From positions 123,876,001 to 123,940,000 of the forward strand of contig JBNRSN020000005.1 of the NCBI GenBank assembly GCA_051313645.2: DNA of 64,000 nt, written 5' to 3'. Positions within the stretch are counted from its first letter, which is position 1; the number at the start of each line of letters is the position of its first letter. A program made the position numbers and the translations under genes. Positions 1 through 10,555 of the stretch are shown one piece after another. The notes beneath the pieces were generated by a model. The model ran no database searches and was not told where the DNA came from. It was given only the letters and a program-made list of their open reading frames with translations. Source of the DNA: Centroscyllium fabricii. Its lineage: Eukaryota.

Positions 1-71
1 AGATCAGGCATGATCTAATTGAATGGTGGAACAGGCTCGAGGGGCTGAATAGCCTACTCCTGTTCCTATGA
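1..71 (+). mobile_element. CR1 LINE 3' tail fragment
   Basis: gaatggtggaacaggctcgaggggctgaatagcctactcctgttcctatg matches the CR1-type tail seen repeatedly in this window (13355-13533, 32935-33218, 62100-62198). Confidence 0.8.
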
Positions 72-107
72 TTGAATTTGAAAACACAAGCTGGCCTGCC
101 TCCAGAC

Positions 108-231
108 CATGGTGATAGGGGCCTGTTGTTAAAAGTGCTGATGTAATAATAGGCTGTGTTCCATTACGTCTTCAAGATTCCCCCATTGACTTTGTTGCAA
201 TTGTTCCACCTTCGGTCAATATCCCGGATAT
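108..231 (-). pseudogene. Candidate exon, phase 0>1: ISGILTEGGTIATKSMGES*RRNGTQPIITSALLTTGPYHH
   Basis: Acceptor ttttattctttacttacaaag; weak donor gtctgg; in-frame TGA at 172-174; phase matches the 644-776 exon. Confidence 0.35.
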
Positions 232-643
232 CTTTGTAAGTAAAGAATAAAACTGCGGACGCCTTATTTTGAATGTTCTAGTAATTACATTCTTATTGAC
301 ATTGAAAATTAATCATTTTAATTGTATGTGGCTTTCAATTTATAAAATGTCATCCCAAAGTGAACGTTACAACTTTTAATAGTGTTTGTTTAATAGAAAA
401 ACTCAGATAAAGAAAACATGTTGCTTGTCTCATTAAGAAACTTCTACTGTCTGTAAAAGGAAACATCAGGGTAACTGACAATTTACTGGTACTTCCTCCT
501 CGTGTGTTGCTTTTATACACTATGGACAGTTGGCATCTGTCTTGTTTCAGTGATTGCGCAATCCGAGCACAAACAGTGCAGCTTAGCCTCATTTTACAAA
601 CTGCTTCCAATAATACTTGACTCTGTGGGATGCAAATTCTCAC

Positions 644-776
644 CTTCCCACTGTCAATCATCTTCGCACTCCTCTGCGTTCCCAGCAATTGGAGATGTTC
701 CCATGTTTGTGACCACATCATGCTGCTGTTACAAGAAGCGCTGCGAGACAACCCGGGGTTACTGTAACTGAGCAGC
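644..776 (-). pseudogene. Candidate exon, phase 2>0: (R)LLSYSNPGLSRSASCNSSMMWSQTWEHLQLLGTQRSAKMIDSGK
   Basis: Acceptor cgcacag, donor AAG|gtgaga; open frame (part of ORF 350-751); phase matches both neighbours. Confidence 0.45.
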
Positions 777-1055
777 CTGTGCGCGTGTGTTTTTATTATT
801 ATTTATGAAATTCCCCAAAGATATCAGATACTCTTTAACCCTTTGATAGGACTGCAGCAGTAGTTTTACATTCACGTACAAATGTACCAAATTATTTCAA
901 TCAAAGAAAATTGTGTATTTTTATTGAATCCTGTTGTGTGGAGTATCAAACATTAGAAATGTACAACAACCAAATATTTCTCCAAAACCACATTTATGAT
1001 CAAATGCAAGAAGTCACACAACACCAGATTATAGTCCAACGGTTTTATTTTAAAT

Positions 1056-1090
1056 CACAAGCTTTCGGAGCGCTGCTCCTTCCTCAGGTG
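1056..1090 (-). ncRNA. Minimal type-I hammerhead ribozyme motif (family A)
   Basis: Reverse complement of the 1247-1281 motif. Confidence 0.65.
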
Positions 1091-1246
1091 GACAGACAGA
1101 AGAGACTGACTTAAAGATCACACATATCGGAGGAAGGGAGAAATCCGACCTCTTCCACATCTCGCAGAGACTAGAGATGTGGAAGAGGTCGGATTTCTCC
1201 CTTCCTCCGATATGTGATATCTTTAAGTCAGTCTCTTCTGTCTGTC

Positions 1247-1281
1247 CACCTGAGGAAGGAGCAGCGCTCCGAAAGCTTGTG
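1247..1281 (+). ncRNA. Minimal type-I hammerhead ribozyme motif (family A)
   Basis: cac-CTGAGGA-a-GGAGC agc GCTCC-GAAA-gctt-gtg: CUGANGA and GAAA core, 5-bp stem II, palindromic stem III (AAGCTT), stem I cac/gtg. Confidence 0.7.
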
Positions 1282-1465
1282 ATTTAAAATAAAACCGTTG
1301 GACTATAATCTGGTGTTGTGTGACTTCTTGCATTTGTCCACCCCAGTCCAACACCGGCACCTCCACATTACATTTATGATCGGCATAGAGCTGATTACTT
1401 TGGAACGTTGCTTTGCCTGCCCAGAACTCAAGATTGGAATACTGAAACAAAATTCACCCCAGTAC

Positions 1466-1617
1466 CGTGAATGAGCAGCTTCAGGCAGAGGTCCAACCAG
1501 GGACCGAGCTGGGGAGACATCACAGGCAGTTGGCAAGGGGGGAGGGTCGGAAACAACCTGTAGGGGGAACTCCAGTGGCTGCTTCTATGGCTTCAAGAGT
1601 GTCAATTCCTTTAATAT
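1466..1617 (-). pseudogene. Candidate exon, phase 0>2: ILKELTLLKP*KQPLEFPLQVVSDPPPLPTACDVSPARSLVGPLPEAAHS(R)
   Basis: Acceptor aaacag, donor CG|gtact; TAG at 1585-1587; 152 bp, phases fit both neighbours. Confidence 0.45.
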
Positions 1618-2127
1618 CTGTTTCTATCAGCATGTATGAGTATTTATTTCATATAGCTAGTATAGAATACTCTTCACAGCTGAAAATTAATGTGCGCACT
1701 ATGTAAATAAATATTGCACAACTTGCATAACTGTGGCCATTTCTCGCTCTAGGTTTAATCTCAACACAGAACCTGCTGCTAGAAAGGACATGAAAAAAAA
1801 ACATTCTGCAGTCTCCGAACGGACATCCTAACCATTATAGTAGTACACCGTTTGTGTTGTAGCACGACATATTTTAAAATTCTTCAGTTATCAAAGAACT
1901 AAAGTAATCAATAAACTGCTTTACTCTTGAGAATTTTAAGTTTAGTTTCAATGCCACATAAAGCTTGTACATTATGCAGAACAAGTTGGTGACTGTGAGA
2001 CCTTTCTCCTGTACTTTTTTATTTGTATATTGAGAAGCTCTTACCTTCAGTCATACAAGGTACAAATAGTAATAAGGGGCACCATATGATAGAGCACTGG
2101 GAGTTTCAAACCACGTAGGTTGGTATA

Positions 2128-2436
2128 TCATAGAATCCCTACAGTGCAGATAGAGCCCATTTCGGCCCATCGAGCCTGCACCGACACATATCCCACCCTA
2201 TCCCCGTAACCCCACATATTCAATCCCCCCTAACACTAAGGGTCAATTTATCATGGCCAATCAATCTAACCCGCACATCTTTGGACTGTGGGAGGAAACC
2301 GGAGCACCCGGAGGAAACCCACGCAGACACGGGGAGAATGTGCAACCTCCACACAGATAGTCACCAGAGGCCGGATTTAAACCCGGACCCCTGGCGGTGA
2401 GGCAACAGTGCTAACCACTATGCCACCGTGCCGCCC
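2128..2436 (-). mobile_element. tRNA-derived V-SINE (HE1-like), full length
   Basis: Reverse strand starts gggcggcacggtggcatagtggttagcac (A box), has gggtttaaatcc (B-box-like) and the core ctgcgtgggtttcctccgggtgctccggtttcctcccac; tail ctgtagggattctatga. Confidence 0.9.
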
Positions 2437-2519
2437 TGGAAGAACTCACTCCAAACGGATTTGTACGCTTTTGAATAGTGTAAAACTTGTATATATCTAT
2501 TCCAATTTTCTCCCCGCCC

Positions 2520-2710
2520 CCCAAGAACGGGCCTTCTGGTACTTCATCCATTATTCACATGAACCTAGGCAGTATTTTTAGACTATTCAACTGTGGAGAC
2601 TATTACAGCTGAGCCCCATCATGGTCTAACCGACAGTTGCACACATGCTTGGTCACTGGATAGCAATGAGAAGTGGGAATCCTGGATAATTCTTTAGCTC
2701 CCTAGCTCAG
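2520..2710 (-). mobile_element. Diverged copy of an old SINE-like interspersed repeat
   Basis: Similar to 59705-60110 in reverse (cattattcacatgaacctaggcagt...actattcaactgtgg). Confidence 0.5.
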
Positions 2711-3484
2711 TTCCCCATCACTGGCCTGAAAAAACCTTCCCCAGATATTAATGAAGGTCCAGTGCCCAGAAATGAAGTCACAAATTGTAACACATTGCTT
2801 GCACACATGTGTTTGTTTTTCTGTTACTCCAGCACAATATTAAATGGGTTCAATTTCACAGCACCAGAAGCCTAAGGTATCATCGAAGCACTTACAAGGG
2901 AACATAAGATGACAACTCACCAATGTCAACCAAGACTAGAATATGCAGCTGGTTCTCCAGTAGAACAACAACAACTGGTATTTAACGTAGTAAAACATCC
3001 CAAGGTGCTTCACAGGAATATTATAAGACAAAACATTTGACACCGAGCCACATAAAGAGTAATTAGGGCAGGTGTAGGTTTTAAGGAACATTTTAAAGAA
3101 GGAAAGAGAGGTAGCGAGGCGGAGAGGTTTAGGCAGGGAATTCTAGAGCTTAGGGCCTCGACAACAGAAGGCACGGCCACCAATGGTTGGGCGATTATAA
3201 TCAGGGATACTCAAGAGGGCAGAATTAGAGGAGCGCAGATATCTCGGGGAGTTGTGGGGCTGAAGAAGATTACAGAGATAGGGAGGGGCGAGGCCATGGA
3301 GGGATTTGAAAACAAGGATGAGAATTTTGAATTCAAGGCGTTGCTTAACCGGGAGCCAATGTAGGTCAACAAGCACAGGGGTGATAGGTGAATGGGACTT
3401 GGTGCGAGTTAGGACACGGACAGCCGTGTTTTGGATGACCTCAAGTTTACATAGGGTAGAATGTGGGAGGCCAGCCAGGAGTGT

Positions 3485-4193
3485 TTCCGGTTCCGGTTCT
3501 GGCAGGACGGCCGCCATCGGGCGGCTGTACCTCGACTCCTCTTCGAGGAGTCAATTCGTTCTGTTCGACCGCCATTTAACGTCGGCGGCGCCGGGTGAGA
3601 GCCGGTGAGATGCGGGGCACAGTTCAGCCCCAGGACGCCGCATCAGTTCGGCCTCGGTCCAGAGTTCGGACCTCCGGGGTGTCGGGACGGCCTTGGCTTG
3701 GCGTTCCGAGGAGCCTGCGTCGTGCGCTGGAGCTCCGGGGAGCCTGTGTCGGGCACTGGAGCTCCGGGGAGCCTGTGTCGGGCGCTGGAGCTCCGGGGAC
3801 CCTGTGTCGGGCGCTGGAGTTCGGAGCTCAGGGGAGCTGGGACGGAGCACTCGGAGAGGGCTAGGCTTCAGGCCTCAGGACGCTGCGCCCGGAGATCGGA
3901 GCTCCGTGGATTCGGGGAGTCGGACTGAGAGCGGCCACGCTAGGAACAGTGGCAGGGCGAATTGACTGGGCGAGAGAGGACAATTTTACCAACGGTTGAG
4001 TGGCCAGAGCAGGAACGGGATACTCGATGATGGCGCCGTAGTTTGGCTGACGTCTTGCGGGCTCGTTCGCGCCGGGCAGCTTAATTGTTGCGCGGTTGTT
4101 GTTGTTGTTGCACGGTGTGTCGGGTAGCAGTAAGCATTTCGTTGTATGGTGTTTGTTCGCTGTACAATGACAAATAAAATTGAACTTGAACTT
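3485..4193 (+). mobile_element. GC-rich non-autonomous retroposon with a Rex1/Babar-like tail
   Basis: Inserted in L2 with TSD gagtgt (3479-3484 / 4194-4199); ends tgtacaatgacaaataaaattgaacttgaactt; CpG-rich; no RT coding. Confidence 0.65.
3702..3820 (+). repeat. 29-bp tandem repeat, ~4 copies
   Basis: ctggagctccggggagcctgtgtcgggc(a/g) units start at 3727, 3756, 3785 and 3814. Confidence 0.9.
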
Positions 4194-4742
4194 GAGTGTG
4201 TTGGAATAGTCAAGTCGAGAGCTAACAAAGGCATGGATGAGGGTTTCAGCAGCCGATGAGCTGAGGCAAGGGTGGAGACAGGCGATGTTACTGAGGTGGA
4301 AATAGACGGTCTTAGTTATGCTGTGGATATGGTTGGAAGCTCATTTCAGGATCAAATATGACACCAAGGATGTAGAAAATGGCACAGCACACACTAGACA
4401 ATCCTGGGATAGAGTTATGCTCTTAAGTGATGTGTGATATTATCAGTTACCTTCTCACTCCAGCCACTAAAACCAGAACAACTTCCAAACATCATTGTAC
4501 ACCTTAATTTTAATACAGCAAAAAAAACTTTATTGAAAGGAATACAAAATACATGTTTCTGAATCCATGGCGACTCGCTGAAACAGAATACATTTGATAG
4601 CAGCATATATACAGTGTCAGTACAATGTCTTAGTACAGCATTGTAGAAGGTTGACAAGGTGCTCAGTATTCTCATGGCAAGCTTAAATGATTGTTCAGAA
4701 AGATTAACGAATTATGATTAAAAAAACAATTTGTGATCTTAC

Positions 4743-4958
4743 AAGTTTATTTCTATGACTTTTTAAATGGAGAGAAATCTGTTTTGTTTTTACACTTGTG
4801 ACATAAAACGAGGGGATTTCACCAGGTTTTGACTGTACTTTATAATCATAGCAATACACAGAACTACTAAGAACACGCTGTAAATACTGTCCTTTTGATT
4901 TTGGTACAGAAACACTATGGATCATTCTCAGTTAATGAGCTGCCAATTCTGGTGTCAT
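4743..4958 (-). pseudogene. Candidate exon, phase 0>0: MTPELAAH*LRMIHSVSVPKSKGQYLQRVLSSSVYCYDYKVQSKPGEIPSFYVTSVKTKQISLHLKSHRNKL
   Basis: Acceptor ttttaatttcctgcag, donor CTT|gtaaga; exactly 72 codons with one TAA. Confidence 0.5.
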
Positions 4959-6703
4959 CTGCAGGAAATTAAAATTCTTTAAATACAGTAGAATCCATAC
5001 AAATGCAAACATGAGGCCAGCATATTCCTGAAAGATGTAAATTGTTCCTGTGTCCCAGTTCTGATTCTTACACTGTCAAAAATGGTGCAGTCAGACCTGT
5101 CATGGCCGAGTCTGATTCTGTTGTCCATCCTAATCTATTGCATAGTGTAGGATTCCATTGCATTTACCTTTCTGCAAAGGGAAGAATTGCATCAAGCGAA
5201 TTCAGTTTAATAAATATTGGCCTGCATCCATGATGGTGCATCATTGCTTGACAAATGATAGGACATGGGCTTATGCCTAGGAATCTTCACGTGACAAGTG
5301 GTAGGCAGTGAAAGGCAGGTAAGGTGCATTCCCTATGAGGAGGAAAGGAACATTAGCAGGTGAGTCACCCTGAGTTTTTCTCTCACACATGCAGGCGAAC
5401 CTCCTTGCTAGCCAGTCACAGAGTGGAATTAATGGAGTCCTGGTAATAGGCCACTTGCCCACTCTCAGCCAGGAGACTGATAATAGCCATAATACCTCAC
5501 CCACAGCACAGTGCAAGGCAGAACTGAGAGACGGAAGAAACTAATCCAAACAAAATGGGGCAACAAAAATAATTCATAAATATTCCCTCAGAATATGTGC
5601 AGGATTTGATGCTTTCCAATAATGAAATGGATGGAATCTTACTACCAGGTCCCCTTTTTAAAAAATGAAGCAGTTAAAAAGAATTCATATTAATTTTGAC
5701 ATTCCTTATTTCTATGTTTTGTTTTTTTAATTTGTTGTTTACACAGTGCATACTGATGATATCATCAAGGGTACGGCTTGCAGGAGTTACCAAGCCCAGT
5801 GGTATGATGGAGCTGAATGAACGCACGGACAGCTGAAGCTGCAGCACTCTGGGTTAATGATGGTATCAACTGATGTTAATTGAGCTCCAGCACACTGTCA
5901 GAATCAGTAAATACTCCAAGACACTGCTCCTGATGATGTCATCAGGACTAAATGCTTAAATAATTACAGTCAAAAAAAATTAACAGAAATAGCCACGGAT
6001 AAACAAACAGGCATTCAAGCAATCGTAGTCCTATGTAACGGTTTAATTTCTTTTTTAAAGTGTTTTTGACGATGAGACTCTCTCATTGACAACTCTCAAT
6101 GCATTCATTAATTTTGTTTAAAAAAAAGAATAATCTGTCACGTTATCATGAACACCGTAAAGCTTGTTTGTTGGCCAGCAGGAAGGGCAGAATGACCCAA
6201 CTGCAATCCTAAAGGGGCCAATTAAGAAGAATGGAAAATGAGTTGTCAGGAATTTCCAACTTACAAGCCAAAAATCCCTGAAAGGTAAAAAAAAAAAAAA
6301 AATCTGCTTGGCAGTATTCAAAAGAGTGGCAGGTGTGAGTGCACTGCAATCATTTCAATAACAATTTGAACAGTGAGGTCATCCTATAAAAACTAAGCTG
6401 CTCTAAGCAGTTACCAGAAGTGCTCACCTTCCCCTCCCCCAGATCATCAACAATGCCCCTTTAAGGTTTTGGGTGGGGGAAGGTCCTTATTTCTTATATG
6501 CATATATATTTGACACTGAATTTGTAATTTAGCTTTTAGCCCTAAAAAAAGGCATTGTCCTGTTTGTGTGGAATGTCTTCATTTGCTCTCATTGATCTGA
6601 CACTAGAGTTCAATTAACCCACAAAATTGCTCTCAGATGCTCTCAGACATGAGGCGCTCTCGCACGTCCTGCTTTAATTTCCTTCCAGCCATTCCAGTGC
6701 AAT

Positions 6704-6842
6704 CCCATACTAAAATCTCCATAAGAATTTGGAAATCTTACAGGATCCCATTAAATCCTATAAGACAATAAAAATCCTCTAAAATTCCTATAGGATCTGA
6801 TCGATTATTGAACAGGAGAGCCTTAGGGAATATTTTTATGGG
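6704..6842. mobile_element. Possible old small DNA-transposon derivative
   Basis: Ends cccatactaaaat...atttttatggg, flanked by AT/AT; internal cctata(a/g)g motifs. Confidence 0.3.
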
Positions 6843-7130
6843 ATTCTAACTATTGACTAGTGGAGATGTCTCACTGCATTGCACAGCTTCAAGTGTTACA
6901 TATGAAAATTCTATAGAAAAAACAGTGCATTGCACAGAGTAATTCTACGGGAAAAGTGCCTTACCAGAGAGCTTCTTTATATCAAATATTTAAATGTTTT
7001 TAAGTTATGAATCTCATACTTTTCAAGCACTAACTTTAGAAAAATTACATTACATTGTTTCCCTTCAAAAGGGAGAATGTCCACGTAGATTCCGTCGGTT
7101 GGAACTTCATCGATGGTGCTCCGGTCTCAC

Positions 7131-7250
7131 CTTGCTGAGCGGGTGAGGCAACCTGTGTCAGTTTTTACTCCAGTGGCTCTGTCCATCTGTCTGTCCAGCT
7201 GTGCATCACTGTGGCTGTAATTGAGACAGATAATAGCCGTAATACCTCAC
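7131..7250 (-). pseudogene. Candidate exon, phase 1>1: GEVLRLLSVSITATVMHSWTDRWTEPLE*KLTQVASPAQQ
   Basis: Acceptor atccttgtag, donor AAG|gtgaga; 120 bp; TAA at 7165-7167; phase matches the 14781-14884 exon. Confidence 0.45.
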
Positions 7251-7403
7251 CTACAAGGATAAGATTTGGCGAATTAATAGACAAATATAAATCAAAGCAA
7301 AAGTTTGAATTCCAAAGAATTCAGGAACAATTTTTTTTAAAGTGAAGCTTTACTAATTATAATCACTAGCATCAATAGTCCATTTGTTCATCACAGGTAT
7401 AGC

Positions 7404-7722
7404 TAGGGTTCCAACCCTCCAGGAATTAATCTCCAGGATACACAGGAGAAAAATCATAGGGATATTGAAAATAGTATTTTTTTAAATTTGAACACTTGTG
7501 TTTAATAGTTATAAAAAATATTGGACCTGGGGAAACGGCTGTTTAACTGACAGTCAAGAATCATCCAATCAGGTAATGAAGAGTCTGTTCGCTTTCCAAT
7601 TGGTTTGGGAAGGGGGTGCACCATGGGGATGGACGTGTCGGACAAACAATGCTGGGAGTGTGAGGTCAGGGTGGTTGAAGGCAGGCGTTCAGGAATATGT
7701 CCAGCCACAGTAGGCAGCCCTA
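7404..7722. mobile_element. hAT-type MITE
   Basis: Termini tagggttccaac...ggcagcccta and a perfect 8-bp TSD ggtatagc (7396-7403 / 7723-7730). Confidence 0.85.
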
Positions 7723-9835
7723 GGTATAGCAGCCAACATATGAACTCTTTAGCCTAGAAAGCAGCAGTAATCTATCAACTCCATAGCAATTGGTCTGGCA
7801 CTACTAGTGTGTTTCAGTAAAGCTCATCTTGCTCTTGCCTTCCACCTCTCCCAGCATCTCAGCTGGCAAGTGACCTAACATGTGCATCTGGCACATCAAA
7901 AGTTCCAGGCAGCAGCAGAACCTCAAACCCTACAACAAGATAGACGTGGTTTGCTTAATTCCAGTTCTGCATTACTGCTTTCACCTCAAAGTGTCACTGC
8001 TGATTGCATTCTGTGCAGCAAATCTTAATAAAGTATAGGTATGTGACACAAAAATCCAGCTTCACTCAACGATCAGGTTAGAGTTATGGGATTTTCAGTA
8101 CTCTCAGGAGTTTAATCATTTACATGAGCTAATTTCTGACCTGCTTTATTCTGTGCCTGATTTTAGTTATGTAGAATCAGCTGTAATGAATGAAAACAGT
8201 CCCTATTTCAAACTAAGTATTTCATGGTTGATGTTCCATCCTATTCAACTCAGTCTCCTCTGCAATTAGACACACATGGTCTACAAATGAAATATTAATA
8301 AGAGGTGACCCGACTATTTTCATGTAAACCTAAATAAATCGATAAAAGATTAACTGTTTTGTAGATTGCACATAAATACCACACAGCAGATTGTGCTGGA
8401 TAACATGATCTATTTAACTTGCCGTAGTTTGTTTGAAATTTAGTTTGGAAGACTGAGAGCTTTCAGAGTGGATGTTAGTTGTTCAATGTGTCATGGTGCT
8501 GACTTCAAACAAATATCACATGATCAGCTTCAGCTGTCCTACATCTTACTATTGTATCACTTTGATTTTAAATGGTATCTCAATAGGGTACTGTGCCCTT
8601 CTCAATACAGTACTCAGAGCTTGAATGCAGGGCTTATTTTGCTATTTAGCTTGTTTTTCAAATCCAGTATTTGATTTCCACAGGATTTTTGAACCTAATA
8701 GCACAATTAAATACCAAAAACCTAATTTGTAATTTTTCTTTTACAGAAACCTGTACTATTTGGGTGAGAAAAAAAAATTACAAAACGAAAACCCACAAAT
8801 ATAGCAGAACAGTATATCTGAGGATCATAGGAACAGGAGTAGGCCATTCAGCCCCTTGAGCCTGTTCTGTCACCCAGTTCGATTATGGCTGATCTGTACC
8901 TCAACTCCCTTTACCTGCCTTTGTTCCATATCACTTGATACCCTTGCCCAACAAAAATCTACCAATCTCAGTCTTGAAAATTCCAATTAGCACATTATCC
9001 ACAGCCTTTTTGGAAAAGAGTTGCAGATTTCCACTATCCTGTGTGAGAAAAAGTGCTGCCCGATTTTACTCCTAAATGATCTAGCTCTAATTTTAAGATT
9101 ATGCGTCTTTGTTCTGGATTCCCCCACGAGAACAGTTTCATTCTATCTACCCTAACGTAAACACCTCAATTAGCTCACCCCCTCAACCTTCTAAACGCAA
9201 GAGAACACAAACCAAGTTTGTGCAACCTGTCCTCATAATTTAACCTTGGAAACCTTGGTACCATTCTGGTGAGTCTGTGCTGTACCCCTTCCAAGGCCAA
9301 TATATCTTTCATGATTAAAACAGAAAATGCTGGAAAAACTCAGCAGGCCCGGCAGCATCCGCGGAGAGAGAAACACAGTTAACGTTTCAGTTTGAAGACC
9401 TTTCGTCAGAACTGGAAAAAAGCAGGAAATGGAATAGATTTTAAAGCAAGTTTAAGGGCTGGGAAAAGGGGGAGCGGATGAAAGAACAAAAGGGAAGGTC
9501 CGTGATAGGATAGAAAGCAGGAGGAATTAAGAGACATTGAGATGTTCAAGGCAAGAGGTGGTGGTAATGGGACAGGTTAAGGAACAAAGGATGGCTCCAG
9601 ATGAGGCGTGAATTGCGCTAGAATGAAAGACAGCTGCCATGTGGGAGGGGAAAAAAAGGTCAAACAAAATGTGTGGATAAAAAAATATATATATATGTGA
9701 TAGGGGCCGAGGTTATGATTTGAAATAGTTGAACTCTATGTTGAGTCCAGAGGGCTGTAGAGTGCCTAATCGAAAGATGAGGTGCTGTTCCTCGAGCTTA
9801 CGCTGAGCTTCCGTGGAGCAATGCAAGAGGCCGAG

Positions 9836-10341
9836 TGTGGTAAACCACTGTATTATATGTTTGTACCTGTTTGCATTGTGTGTATGACCTTCACTGTATG
9901 TACATAGTTTCTCATGTATAGCTTGTCTGGGCATGCCCGTGCTGACCCCACCTGTGGCTCCTCCTCCCCGGACCCAGGTATAAAGGTGACTGTCTCCCTC
10001 CCCCCAATCATTCTGGGATCAGTCAACTAGCTGGGGCATGCTCATGTCTTAGTGAATAAAATTGATGCCTTATCAATAACCTCGGAGACGAGAAGTTGTG
10101 AAGTGAACTAAAGGCTTTTATTCACTAAGACATGAGCATGCCCCAGCTAGTCGACTGATCCCAGAATGACTGGGGGGAGGGAGACAGTCACCTTTATACC
10201 TGGGTCCAGGGAGGAGGAGCCACAGGCGGAGTCAGCACGGGCATGCCCAGACAAGCTATACATGAGAAACTATGTACATACAGTGAAGGTCATACACACA
10301 ATGCAAACAGGTACAAACATATAATACAGTGGTTTACCACA
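9836..10341. mobile_element. Palindromic LTR-derived insertion (complete LTR on - plus inverted partial LTR on +)
   Basis: 226-bp inverted arms 9836-10061 / 10116-10341 with ~5 mismatches; termini TGTGGTAAACC...GGTTTACCACA; TATAAA and AATAAA in each arm; 5-bp TSD ccgag (9831-9835 / 10342-10346). Confidence 0.85.
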
Positions 10342-10555
10342 CCGAGGACGGTGAGATCTGAGTGGGAGTGGAGAATTAAAGTGACAGGCGACCGGGAGTT
10401 CAGGGTCCCCTTTAGTCCAGTCGCCTGTCATTTTTTTTGGCCTTTTTTTCTTCCCTCCCACATGGCAGCTGTCCTTCATTCTGCCAGCACAATTCATACC
10501 TCATCCAGAGCCATTCTTTGTTCCTTAACCTGTCCCATTACCACCTCCTCTTGCC

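Larger units (their letters stand above)
1002..1369. mobile_element. Penelope-derived fold-back palindrome with two opposed hammerhead cores
   Basis: ~160-bp inverted arms around a short spacer at ~1164-1173; 12-bp TSD acatttatgatc at 990-1001 and 1370-1381. Confidence 0.85.
2963..4370 (-). mobile_element. L2 LINE 3' fragment (RT C-terminus and tail), interrupted at 3485-4193
   Basis: ORF 3143-3517 reads LLAGLP...IQNTAVRVLTRTKSHSPITPVLVDLHWLPVKQRLEFKILILVFKSLHGLAPPYL, the classic L2 motif; (ttg)n tail. Confidence 0.9.

Noticed and set aside
4510-4958. Terminal exon DDTRIGSSLTENDP* with AATAAA at ~4529
   Set aside because: The phase-0 reading to the gtaaga donor at 4742 is longer and links in phase to three downstream exons; kept only as a weaker alternative.
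7223-7250. let-7-like microRNA (TGAGGTA start on -)
   Set aside because: The sequence diverges after 7 nt and no precursor hairpin is evident.
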